This document shows, piece by piece, positions 17,811-26,735 of a stretch of DNA of 44,774 nucleotides. This DNA is from Candidatus Methanofastidiosia archaeon. GTDB taxonomy: Archaea; Methanobacteriota_B; Thermococci; Methanofastidiosales; NM3. A model generated the notes under the pieces. The model saw only the letters and a list, made by a program, of their open reading frames with translations. It was not told the origin of the DNA and did not search any database. A program made the translations under genes and the position numbers. Every line of letters begins with the position of its first letter. The stretch's first letter is position 1. The stretch is taken from NCBI GenBank assembly GCA_020854925.1, contig JAHKLV010000093.1, positions 1-44,774 on the forward strand, given 5' to 3'.

Positions 17811-20794
17811 ACAAGACCGCAGCGGTCATCGGCGGAGGCATCTCCGGAATGCAGGCCGCGCTCAGCCTTGCCGACCGGGGTATTAAGGTCTATCTTATCG
17901 AGCGGTCCTCGAGTATCGGCGGCATCATGGCCCGCCTAGATAAGACCATGCCAACCATGGACTGCTCCATCTGCATTCTCTCACCGTTCATGCTTGCGGT
18001 GGCACGAAACCCCCTTATCGAGGTCATGACGCTTGCCGAGGTCGTGGGGGATGAGCGTACCGCTGGAGGCCACACCCTCACCGTTCGCACGCATCCCCGG
18101 TATGTCGATCTTGAGAAATGCACCGGGTGCCGTGAATGCATGGCCAAGTGCCCCAAAAAGGTCACCCTCCCTTACGAGGGCGCCTATGGTACGCAAAAGG
18201 CCATTCATTTTGACTTTGACCAGGCTATTCCCGCTGCGCCGTATATCGACGCCTCGGTCTGCCTCAAGCTTACGAAGGGCATCTGCGGCAACTGTGCCAA
18301 GTTCTGCGACAAGGACGCCATCGACTTTGACCAGGTGGAGGAAGAAGCGACGCTTTCCGTCGGCGGCGTGGTCATAGCAACGGGTGCTGAGCCGTACCTG
18401 CCTACCGACCGGCCGGAATACGGTTACGGCGTCTACAAAAACGTCATCACCGCCATGGAGCTCGAGCGCCTTCTTTCGGCCGCAGGCCCCACGGGCGGCA
18501 CGGTGCTTCGCGCATCGGACAAGAAGGAACCGAAACGGGTTGCCTTCATCAACTGCGTCGGGTCCCGTGACCACAAGACCGGCAAAGGGTACTGCTCCAA
18601 GGTGTGCTGCATGTACGGCATCAAGGAGGCACTGCTTGTCAAGGACCATGACAAGGAGGCCGATGTCACCATCTTTTACATCGATATCCGTGCCAGCGGC
18701 AAAGGGTACGAGGAATTCTACCAGAACGCGCGCTCGTCCCTCAGATTTGTCCGCGGACGTCCAGGGGAGGTGCTCGAATGCGACAACGGGGACCTTATTG
18801 TCCGCTATGAGGACACCGAAGCCCAGGAGGTAAGGGAGGAGCGGTTCGACCTCGTCGTCCTCAACTCGGCGCTTGTTCCCTCGAAGGGTTCGGCCGAGCT
18901 CGCTCGCATCTTCGACATACCCATAAACGAGTACGGGTTCTTCGAGGCTGATAACGACTATGCCGACCCCCTCTCGCCCCGCCAGCATGGCGTGTACATC
19001 ATCGGTGCCTGCCAGGGTCCCAATGACATCACCGACAGCGTCTCGCAGTCCATCGGTCCGGTGGCAAAGGCGTATGGCCTCGAGGGGGATATCCCCGTCC
19101 GGACAGCCCGTGAGCTACCCGGTACCGACGGGGGAGCACCCCGTGTTGGTGTCTTTGTCTGCCACTGCGGCAAGAACATTGGCCGCTATGTGGACGTACC
19201 GGCCGTTGTCGAGTACGCAAGGACGCTTCCTGACGTTGTATACGCGGAGGAGTCCCTCTTCACCTGCTCCGAGGCGGGCCAGTCATCCATCAAGGAGAAG
19301 ATTAAGGAACTCGGCCTTAACAGGGTCGTTGTCGCTGCGTGTTCCCCCAAGACGCATGAAAACACGTTCCAAGAGGCGCTCGTCGAGGCTGGGCTCAATC
19401 CGTACATGCTTGAGATGGCAAACATCCGCAATCAATGCTCATGGGTCCATTCGGAGGATATGGCTTCTGCGACGCAGAAGACCAAGGACCTTGTGCGCAT
19501 GTCCGTTGCCAAGGCGCGCCTTCTCACCCCGCTCTACGAGCGGCAGGTGCCGGTCCGGCGAGCAGCGGTGGTCATTGGTGGCGGTGTTGCCGGGATGACC
19601 AGCGCGCTTGAACTCGCACGAAACGGCTTTGGGGTGACGCTTGTCGAACGCTCTGCGTCTCTTGGCGGCAGGGCGTCGTTGGCAAGCACGATTGAAGGCG
19701 GGCCTGATCCGCGCCGCGTGGCACGAGACCTTGCCAAGCGAGTGGCTACCGAAGAATCCATCGACATCCTGCTCTCAAGCGAGGTCACCGCCGTTGAGGG
19801 ATTCGTGGGTGATTTCACCATCGGGGTGACGACACCGGCCGGCGTGCGGGACGTACCGTGCGGGTCGGTCATCATCGCCACCGGCTTTGACTACGCTGAC
19901 CCGGTGAGCAGCGGATACCGTCCCGGCGGCATGGTCATGACGGAGGAGGAGCTCATTACGGCGCTTGATGAGAAGTCCCTTGCGGGCGGGGCATATGTGT
20001 TCATGCTCTGCATGGGTGTTCGAAATGCCGAGCATCCCTACTGTTCGCGGTTCTGTTGCATCTCTTCGCTCAACCATGTCCGCAGGGTGCTTACCGAGGT
20101 ACCGGGGGCATCTGTCACCGTCCTGTACCGTGATATCCGTTCCTACGGGTACTACGAAGACATCTACAAGGAGGTCTCGGAGCTCGGAGCGCGCTTTATC
20201 CGCTACGCCCCCGAGGAGATGCCCGTGCTTTCCGACGATGCGGTCACCGTGCGGGACCAGACCTCCGGGGAGGACATCCTCGTACCGTGCGACCGCGTGG
20301 TCCTTGAGCGCGGTGCTGTTCCCCCCACGGGAACGACGGCGCTCCGCCAGCTCTTCAAGATCTCTGCGGCCCCCTCCGGCTTTTACGCGGAGACCCACCT
20401 CAAGCTTGCGCCGCTCGATACGGCACTTGACGGTGTCTTCATCGCCGGCGGCTGCCAGTATCCAAAAAGCATCCCCGAATCGGTTTCGCAGGCGATATCC
20501 GCCGCAGGGCGTGCCGCCATCGTCATGGGGAGCGGGAGCTATGCCGTGCAGCCCATTAGCGCGTCCATCGATGCAGCCAAGTGCGTGGCGTGCCGCCAGT
20601 GCGAGGCGCTTTGTCCGTACAAGGCGCTCCAGATGTCGGAGGATGGCACCCATATGGAGGTCATCACCGTCTCCTGTAAGGGGTGCGGGACGTGCGCTGC
20701 CTTCTGTCCCTCCAACGCCATTACCATCTCGGGATTCACGTACAATCAGGAAAAACAAAAACTCAAGGCTGCGCTTGAGGGGGCGATGGAATGA
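17807..20794 (+). CDS. hdrA: Heterodisulfide reductase subunit A, tandem two-module fusion (995 aa)
   Basis: Two GxGxxG FAD motifs (AAVIGGGISGMQAAL; AAVVIGGGVAGMTSAL) and two CSxxCC motifs (YCSKVCCMYG; YCSRFCCISS). An internal canonical HdrA N-domain (RVGVFVCHCGKNIG...VVVAACSPKTHE...MANIRNQCSWVH) starts near nt 19140. Ferredoxin motifs occur in both halves. Confidence 0.9.
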   Translation: MNKTAAVIGGGISGMQAALSLADRGIKVYLIERSSSIGGIMARLDKTMPTMDCSICILSPFMLAVARNPLIEVMTLAEVVGDERTAGGHTLTVRTHPRYVDLEKCTGCRECMAKCPKKVTLPYEGAYGTQKAIHFDFDQAIPAAPYIDASVCLKLTKGICGNCAKFCDKDAIDFDQVEEEATLSVGGVVIATGAEPYLPTDRPEYGYGVYKNVITAMELERLLSAAGPTGGTVLRASDKKEPKRVAFINCVGSRDHKTGKGYCSKVCCMYGIKEALLVKDHDKEADVTIFYIDIRASGKGYEEFYQNARSSLRFVRGRPGEVLECDNGDLIVRYEDTEAQEVREERFDLVVLNSALVPSKGSAELARIFDIPINEYGFFEADNDYADPLSPRQHGVYIIGACQGPNDITDSVSQSIGPVAKAYGLEGDIPVRTARELPGTDGGAPRVGVFVCHCGKNIGRYVDVPAVVEYARTLPDVVYAEESLFTCSEAGQSSIKEKIKELGLNRVVVAACSPKTHENTFQEALVEAGLNPYMLEMANIRNQCSWVHSEDMASATQKTKDLVRMSVAKARLLTPLYERQVPVRRAAVVIGGGVAGMTSALELARNGFGVTLVERSASLGGRASLASTIEGGPDPRRVARDLAKRVATEESIDILLSSEVTAVEGFVGDFTIGVTTPAGVRDVPCGSVIIATGFDYADPVSSGYRPGGMVMTEEELITALDEKSLAGGAYVFMLCMGVRNAEHPYCSRFCCISSLNHVRRVLTEVPGASVTVLYRDIRSYGYYEDIYKEVSELGARFIRYAPEEMPVLSDDAVTVRDQTSGEDILVPCDRVVLERGAVPPTGTTALRQLFKISAAPSGFYAETHLKLAPLDTALDGVFIAGGCQYPKSIPESVSQAISAAGRAAIVMGSGSYAVQPISASIDAAKCVACRQCEALCPYKALQMSEDGTHMEVITVSCKGCGTCAAFCPSNAITISGFTYNQEKQKLKAALEGAME

Positions 20795-21207
20795 CATTTG
20801 AACCAAAGATTATAGCCTTCCTATGCAACTGGTGCTCGTACGGCGCTGCCGACATGGCGGGGACCTCCCGCCTGCAGTATCCGCCAAACGTCCGCATCAT
20901 ACGCTTCATGTGCAGCGGCCGCATCGACCCGAACTTTGTCATCGAGGCGTTCCTTCGTGGCGCCGACGGGGTCATGATGACCGGTTGCCATATCGGCGAC
21001 TGCCATTATATCGACGGCAACTACAAGACGGTGCACCGGTACGAGTTCCTCAAGGACTATCTCGACACCCTCGGCATCGGCTCGGAACGCCTTACACTTG
21101 CGTGGTGCTCGGCGGCCGAGGGAGCGAAGTTTGCCCAGACGGTGGCGGACTTCACCGAGCAGATACGTCGACTTGGACCAAGCCCCTTCAAGGAGCGTGG
21201 CCAGTGA
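20791..21207 (+). CDS. mvhD: MvhD/FlpD (methyl-viologen-reducing hydrogenase delta subunit family)
   Basis: KIIAFLCNWCSYGAADMAG...IRFMCSGRIDP...GADGVMMTGCHIGDCHY; ATGA overlap with hdrA. Confidence 0.9.
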   Translation: MTFEPKIIAFLCNWCSYGAADMAGTSRLQYPPNVRIIRFMCSGRIDPNFVIEAFLRGADGVMMTGCHIGDCHYIDGNYKTVHRYEFLKDYLDTLGIGSERLTLAWCSAAEGAKFAQTVADFTEQIRRLGPSPFKERGQ

Positions 21208-22361
21208 TGGGGACCGAATACTGGGGCTGGGCAGGCGAAGCGCATCTGCGTGAGCATGGCGAGTCTGGTGGGGCGGTCTCAGGACTTCTTGCCAGCGTCC
21301 TTTCCTCCTACGACGAGGTCATCGTTATACGAAAGACCGGAACGGTGTTCGAGGCGGAGGTGCACACGCTTGATTCCCCCCAAGGCATCGCGCGCGTGCA
21401 GGGAGCGCTCCATGCGGTGAGCATAGAGCTTTCTCATTATCTGCAGCTTGGAAGGAAGACGGCCATCGTGCTCAAACCGTGTGAGGCGCGGGCCGTCATC
21501 GAAAACATCAAGCGCAACCATGTGCGTCGCGAGGATGTGCTTCTCATAGGCCTGAACTGCGGCGGCACGCTTCCGCCCGTCAAGACAAAGGAGTACTTGC
21601 GATCGCAGTTTGGCGTCTCGCCAGGTGACATTGCCAAAGAGGAGATTGCCAAGGGTAATCTCATCTTCTTCACCACCGACGGGCAGGAGCTGTCGCGTTC
21701 CATCGACGAACTTGAGGAGGCCGGCTACGGGCGGCGCGAAAGCTGCCGATACTGTGACGTGAAGATTCCCTCCATGTGCGACATCGCGTGTGGCAACTGG
21801 GGAACGCCTGCAGAAAAGCATATCACGTTTCTTGAGGTCTTTACCGATGCGGGTGCGGCGGCCCTTGAAGCCGCCGTTGACGGAGGGTATGTCTCGGTCT
21901 CAGAACCGGGGGAAAAGCTTGCTGCCGTGAGGAAAAAGATCGAGGGCATCATGGTTAAGATGGCAAAGGGATGGCAGGAAAAGATGCTTGGTCCCTTCAT
22001 GGCCATGGAGCCGAAGGAGCGCCTCGATGCCATCCACGCGGCCCTTGCCCCCTGCATCGGCTGCTACGCATGCCGCAAGGCATGCCCGGTCTGCAAGTGC
22101 GGTGACGACTGCAAGTGTTTCCAGGCCGACCCTGACGACCAGCTTCCCATATCCATGTTCCATGCGGTGCGATTCCTCCACCTTATGGAGTCCTGTGTGG
22201 GATGCGGTCAGTGCAGTGACGCATGCCCCATGGAGATACCCCTGGCGCACCTGCACCAACTCTTTGCCAAGGCCTATGAGGGCCGAACCGGCTACAAACC
22301 GGGCATGTCCTGCGGCGATATCCCGCCGCTTTCACGAGGTGATTTCCCTGAAGGTTACTAA
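21207..22361 (+). CDS. FrhB/FdhB-family flavo-iron-sulfur subunit (F420 hydrogenase/formate dehydrogenase beta-like)
   Basis: 384 aa from ATG 21207 (TGATG overlap with mvhD). It has LKPCEARAV, LIGLNCGG and CDIACGNWG motifs plus C-terminal 2x[4Fe-4S] CIGCYACRKACP / CVGCGQCSDACP. The track ORF from 20823 is an out-of-frame overlap of mvhD. Confidence 0.8.
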   Translation: MGTEYWGWAGEAHLREHGESGGAVSGLLASVLSSYDEVIVIRKTGTVFEAEVHTLDSPQGIARVQGALHAVSIELSHYLQLGRKTAIVLKPCEARAVIENIKRNHVRREDVLLIGLNCGGTLPPVKTKEYLRSQFGVSPGDIAKEEIAKGNLIFFTTDGQELSRSIDELEEAGYGRRESCRYCDVKIPSMCDIACGNWGTPAEKHITFLEVFTDAGAAALEAAVDGGYVSVSEPGEKLAAVRKKIEGIMVKMAKGWQEKMLGPFMAMEPKERLDAIHAALAPCIGCYACRKACPVCKCGDDCKCFQADPDDQLPISMFHAVRFLHLMESCVGCGQCSDACPMEIPLAHLHQLFAKAYEGRTGYKPGMSCGDIPPLSRGDFPEGY

Positions 22362-23766
22362 TTCCCACTGCCCCGGGTGCTCGCTTCTCTGCGGCGTCCA
22401 GATGATTGAGCGCGAAGGGTTGCTTGATGTCGAGTTCATGAAGGACTGCGACATAAACAGTGGCAAGTTGTGCCGGTTCGGCATCGAGCTTGCCCGCTAT
22501 TACGGCGAGCTTCAGACGTCGGCTCTTGCCGGCGGACGGGAGGTGTCCTACGAGGAAGCGGTGACGCTCGCCGCGAAGGCGCTCTCCTCGTCGCGTGGTG
22601 CCGGTGTGGCGCTATGTACGGGGGATGCCACTACGGAGGAGCTGTATGCACTCTCTCTCTTCGCCGATGCCGCCGGGCTTGCAACGACCCTTGGACTTGG
22701 CCATCACATGCATGCCGTCGGCTTGGAGGCGTTCCACAAGACCGTGACACATCCTGATGTCCTTGATCATGCACAAATGATCGTGCTCGTGGACATCGAT
22801 CCCGCCTACCAGTACCCGCTCCTCGCCAGGCGGCTTATGCTCGTGCGCGAGCAGGGCACAACCATCGTGAGCATCGGGCCGGAAAAGGAGCATCTATCCT
22901 TCTACACAGACGCCCGGTACCCCTGTCATCCATCGCGTACCGTAGATGCCCTACGGGCCTTTGTTGAGCACGCCATGCCCCATGCGCTCTACGTCGTGCC
23001 TTGTGGCATGTACGGGGACGCCGCCCTCACGGCGCAGGTGAACAACATCTGTGCCGCCACATCTTCCCGGGCGCTGTTTGTCACCGATTTCGCCAATGTG
23101 CGTGGCGGACTGGCATTGGGAATGGAATCTCTTTCCCATGGCATCGACGGGCTAGTGGCCTCCATCGAGGCCGGTGACGTCACGTCGCTTGTCCTTGTGG
23201 AAAGCCCGCTCTTTTCATCGTACCTTGATGATGCGCGCTTCTGGGCAGCATGCGAAACGCTCGATGCGCTGGTCGTGCTCCAGTCGCACCGGTGCGAGGC
23301 ATATCCCCCGAATGCCATCGTCCTGCCGCTCCCACCCTTCTATCAACGGAAAGGCACGCTCAGGAACGTATGCAATCGCCGTCTTGTCCTTTCTGGAGAG
23401 GCCGAAGGCGCGGTTGCCGTCCTGCGCGACCTTGGTGCCGCCATGGGCCATGGTCTTTCCCCCTTTGATGCGGTGGCGAAGGAGGCACGAAGCCTCTGCG
23501 ATGCGTGGTATGAGACGGTTGCGACCTTTACCCCCGTGGAGCTTCCTCCCCAGGCCGGCGTCGAGGGCCCATGCCATCGCTATGTGCCCAATCCCTACCT
23601 CGTACGCGGCATGCCGAATCCGAGAAGCAAGCGCGTGGGATTGGATCTCTATGCCGTCGCCAAGGGGAAGGAGCGCTACGTCATACGTGAGGATGTGGCC
23701 GAAGACGTTGTCTTTGCCTATGAAAAGGATCCCCGGTACACGCTTCCTCTGCAGCCGTATGAGTGA
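22339..23766 (+). CDS. Molybdopterin-oxidoreductase-family subunit, short FwdB/FdhA-like form
   Basis: N-terminal Fe4S4 motif HCPGCSLLCG...x27...CRFG. About 475 aa, shorter than FdhA and about FwdB-sized. Start assigned to in-frame GTG 22339 because no ATG precedes the Cys motif; the start is uncertain. Confidence 0.6.
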   Translation: MISLKVTNSHCPGCSLLCGVQMIEREGLLDVEFMKDCDINSGKLCRFGIELARYYGELQTSALAGGREVSYEEAVTLAAKALSSSRGAGVALCTGDATTEELYALSLFADAAGLATTLGLGHHMHAVGLEAFHKTVTHPDVLDHAQMIVLVDIDPAYQYPLLARRLMLVREQGTTIVSIGPEKEHLSFYTDARYPCHPSRTVDALRAFVEHAMPHALYVVPCGMYGDAALTAQVNNICAATSSRALFVTDFANVRGGLALGMESLSHGIDGLVASIEAGDVTSLVLVESPLFSSYLDDARFWAACETLDALVVLQSHRCEAYPPNAIVLPLPPFYQRKGTLRNVCNRRLVLSGEAEGAVAVLRDLGAAMGHGLSPFDAVAKEARSLCDAWYETVATFTPVELPPQAGVEGPCHRYVPNPYLVRGMPNPRSKRVGLDLYAVAKGKERYVIREDVAEDVVFAYEKDPRYTLPLQPYE

Positions 23767-23783
23767 TTCCTCTCCATATTGCA

Positions 23784-23835
23784 CTCTTTTCTTTCCTTTT
23801 TTCCTTTAATGCACGTTTCTTTTTCCCGCTTTCGG
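23784..23835 (+). terminator. Oligo-T-rich region, probable archaeal terminator of the hdr operon
   Basis: CTCTTTTCTTTCCTTTTTTCCTTT and CGTTTCTTTTTCCC runs directly after the stop at 23766. Confidence 0.35.
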
Positions 23836-23915
23836 AATTGCCCGTGTGGGGGATGGCATACATAAATCAGATATGATTATATATCTGGAAGCTACATAGA
23901 ATTACGGTGGTAAAC

Positions 23916-24584
23916 ATGGTAGATATTGAAACATACGTAGAAGACGCCATTGGCGATACTGTAGCATTCCTGCCAAAGCTTGTCGGGGCGCTCATTATCC
24001 TCCTCATAGGGTGGCTGGCAGGCAGAATGCTTGGGAAGTACCTTTCCAAGGTGCTGGACCGGGTGGGGGTGGACGATGCCATCCGAAAAACATCCATCGG
24101 ACAAAACATTGAGAAGTCCGGCCTTAGCCTGGTGCGGCTGTTCGACCTGCTCATACGCTGGTTTGTGTACCTCATAGCACTCATGGGTGCGACAAACGTT
24201 TTGGAGATAGAGTTTCTCAGTACCTTCATGGACCGTCTCGTGTCTTACATACCCAATGTCGCAGCATTTCTCATAGTACTCATGGGTGGCTTTGTCCTCG
24301 TCGACTTCTTTGCCGACTTTGTACACAAGTTTGGTTCCGCCTCTGAAATAGGGCTTATGGGCCCAGCCGTCACGTTGCTGCGGATATTCTTCTCCTTTGT
24401 CGTCGTCGTGCTGGCGCTCACCCAGCTCAAGATAGACCTTGAGATAATATACACCTTCGTGAAGCCCGTGGCGTGGGGCGTTGGCATCGGGGTCGGTGCG
24501 GCAATTGCCATCATCTTCGGATTCGGGCTGCGGGACCGGAGCAAGGAGATGGTAGACACCTTCCTCACTAAGGTTAAGAAGTAG
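23916..24584 (+). CDS. Membrane protein with conserved TM-helix repeats (MscS-related TM_helix family-like)
   Basis: About 222 aa, repeated hydrophobic helices separated by amphipathic linkers; GGTGG SD 6 nt before ATG 23916. Confidence 0.55.
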   Translation: MVDIETYVEDAIGDTVAFLPKLVGALIILLIGWLAGRMLGKYLSKVLDRVGVDDAIRKTSIGQNIEKSGLSLVRLFDLLIRWFVYLIALMGATNVLEIEFLSTFMDRLVSYIPNVAAFLIVLMGGFVLVDFFADFVHKFGSASEIGLMGPAVTLLRIFFSFVVVVLALTQLKIDLEIIYTFVKPVAWGVGIGVGAAIAIIFGFGLRDRSKEMVDTFLTKVKK

Positions 24585-24831
24585 GCATTCTTCACCTCTT
24601 TTCTTTTTTCCCCTCTCTTCGAATGCGTATTCGAACAACATTTTTTTTCTGCCATGTCCGAATGCCGTAAAGGGCCCCCTGGTGCCCTTATGGTGAAAAA
24701 AGGAGTATTCGTACTACTTTTTCTTCGTGCATACGTAATTGGTAACACGCCGGTACGATACGTTTTTATAGTGATTATTTTGGTTCAATGGTAATACAAA
24801 AATAAAAATAGTGACATACTAGACAGGATGC

Positions 24832-25920
24832 ATGCACATGGAACGGGAAATGAGTGCTCATGAGCGGCTAGTGCCCCGCGCCACGGGAACAGGGGACCTT
24901 TTTGCCGTGCGGGGGAAGCAGCGGTACCTTCTCATCTTGATGTGTATGCTTCTTTGTTCCATCATGCTATCCTTGGCGCTAGGTGCGTATGCCGTTTCTT
25001 TGAAGGGCACCGTATCCGTTCTTGTAGCGCACCTTACTCCTTTTGGGGACGTAGGCAGCCTCCATCCCGTGCAGGACAAGGTCATCTGGAACCTACGCTT
25101 TCCACGGATACTCGTGGCGATTGTCGTGGGCGTGTCGCTTTCCGTTTCTGGTGCCGTCTTCCAGAGCGTGTTTCGAAACCCTCTTGTCGAGCCGTATATC
25201 CTCGGCGTCTCATCGGGGTCCGCTTTTGGCGCAGCATGCAGCATCGTCTTTCCCACAATTTTTTTCTCGGTACAAGGCACCGCTTTTCTCTTTGGTTCCG
25301 TGGCCGTCGGTGCAGCTTACGCACTTTCTCGCGTGCGGGGAGATACGCCCGTTATCACGCTCGTCCTCTCAGGCGTTATCATCGGTTCTGTTTTCTCCTC
25401 CTTTGTCTCTATTCTCAAATATGTCGCATCCGACACGGCGCTTAGGGACATCGTGTTCTGGCTCATGGGAGGGTTTTACTATGCATCATGGGACGACGTG
25501 TTCGTATCATTGCCGATAGTCACCCTCTCGATTCTCTTTTTATGGTCCTATGGGTGGAAACTAAACATCCTCTCCATGGGCGACGAGGAGGCGCGCTGCC
25601 TTGGCGTCAATCCAGAACACGCAAAGCTTGCAGTGGTATCTGTCGCTACGCTCCTTACCGCCTATGCGGTGTCACTTGCCGGCATCATCGCGTGGGTCGG
25701 GCTCATGATGCCTCATGCCGCCCGATTGCTCTTTGGGCCTGACAACAGATACGTGCTTCCTGCCTCAGCGCTCATGGGTGCGATATATCTCATCGTCTGT
25801 GACACGATTGCACGGACCGTAGCATCGGCTGAGATACCGGTAGGCATCATCGCCTCGATTCTTGGCGCCCCTTATCTATGCTACCTTCTGCGCAACAAGG
25901 GGCGAGTTATATACGGGTGA
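24832..25920 (+). CDS. ABC transporter permease, FecCD/BtuC family (iron-chelate/corrinoid type)
   Basis: 362 aa, about 10 TM; RFPRILVAIVVGVSLSVSGAVFQSVFRNPLVEPYILGVSSG signature of FecCD. Confidence 0.85.
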   Translation: MHMEREMSAHERLVPRATGTGDLFAVRGKQRYLLILMCMLLCSIMLSLALGAYAVSLKGTVSVLVAHLTPFGDVGSLHPVQDKVIWNLRFPRILVAIVVGVSLSVSGAVFQSVFRNPLVEPYILGVSSGSAFGAACSIVFPTIFFSVQGTAFLFGSVAVGAAYALSRVRGDTPVITLVLSGVIIGSVFSSFVSILKYVASDTALRDIVFWLMGGFYYASWDDVFVSLPIVTLSILFLWSYGWKLNILSMGDEEARCLGVNPEHAKLAVVSVATLLTAYAVSLAGIIAWVGLMMPHAARLLFGPDNRYVLPASALMGAIYLIVCDTIARTVASAEIPVGIIASILGAPYLCYLLRNKGRVIYG

Positions 25921-25925
25921 ATACC

Positions 25926-26735
25926 ATGAACATGATGGATGTTGGGGACCTCTGGTTCAGCTATGGAAAAAAGCCGATTCTTTCAGGGGCCTCTTTTTTT
26001 GTAGAGGAGGGCACGCTGTGCGGGCTCTTTGGTCCGAACGGTTCGGGAAAGACGACGCTATTTAAATGCTGCCTCAAATTCCTTGCGTATGCCCGGGGAA
26101 CAGTCTGCATGGACGGTACGGACATCTCTGGCCTTTCCGTATCGCAGATGGCACGGCTTGTTTCCTATGTTCCCCAGGACCATGCACCACCGTTTCCCTT
26201 CTTGGTGAAGGAAATTGTGCTCATGGGGCGTTCACCCCATCTTCGGGGCGTGTTTGGCGCAAGCAGCGAGGATAAGCGGAAAGTGTGTGATGTTCTTGAT
26301 TCCATGGGGCTTCTCGATATTGCTGACTCCCCTTACAATCAGCTTTCGGGCGGACAGCGACAGCTCGTGCTCATGGCACGGGCCATAGCGCAGGAAACCC
26401 CGCTCATGTTTCTTGACGAGCCGACCGCAGCACTCGATTTCTCGAACCAACTCAAGGTGTGGAAGCTGGTACGATCGATTGTCGACGACGGGGTTACGGT
26501 TCTCGCCTGTAGCCATGACCCCAATCACGTATCATGGTTTTGTGACAAGGTCGTAGTCATGGGTTCCAACAAGATACTCGATTCGGGACCCCCCGAGGAC
26601 GTGATAACTGACGCAACACTCGGCACGCTCTATGCCGAACCATGTGTACGTTCATACAGTGGTTCTGTACCCGTCATCATACCCCGATTCTCGCCGGGCC
26701 AGATACCTTCTTTCCCGTGGGGGGCATGCCCATGA
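25926..26735 (+). CDS. ABC transporter ATP-binding protein (FepC/BtuD-like)
   Basis: Walker A GPNGSGKTT, signature LSGGQRQ, Walker B LMFLDEPT. Confidence 0.85.
   Translation: MNMMDVGDLWFSYGKKPILSGASFFVEEGTLCGLFGPNGSGKTTLFKCCLKFLAYARGTVCMDGTDISGLSVSQMARLVSYVPQDHAPPFPFLVKEIVLMGRSPHLRGVFGASSEDKRKVCDVLDSMGLLDIADSPYNQLSGGQRQLVLMARAIAQETPLMFLDEPTAALDFSNQLKVWKLVRSIVDDGVTVLACSHDPNHVSWFCDKVVVMGSNKILDSGPPEDVITDATLGTLYAEPCVRSYSGSVPVIIPRFSPGQIPSFPWGACP

Noticed and set aside
20823-21206. N-terminal extension of the FrhB-like ORF overlapping mvhD. The 21988-22338 extension of the molybdopterin-subunit ORF overlaps the FrhB-like gene in the same way.
   Set aside because: These are out-of-frame read-through of well-supported upstream genes, and recognisable domains begin only after 21207 and 22339. 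The extension translations are Arg/Pro-rich nonsense.
22339-23766. Selenocysteine (in-frame TGA) or pyrrolysine (in-frame TAG) recoding in the FdhA-like gene or elsewhere
   Set aside because: All called ORFs are uninterrupted. TAG is used as an ordinary stop for nth and tfs, so there is no sign of recoding in this window.
24585-24831. Possible cobalamin riboswitch upstream of the Btu/Fec-type ABC transporter
   Set aside because: I could find no B12-box-like consensus or multi-stem junction. Only two short hairpins and T-runs are present, consistent with a terminator plus promoter, and cobalamin riboswitches are not established in archaea.
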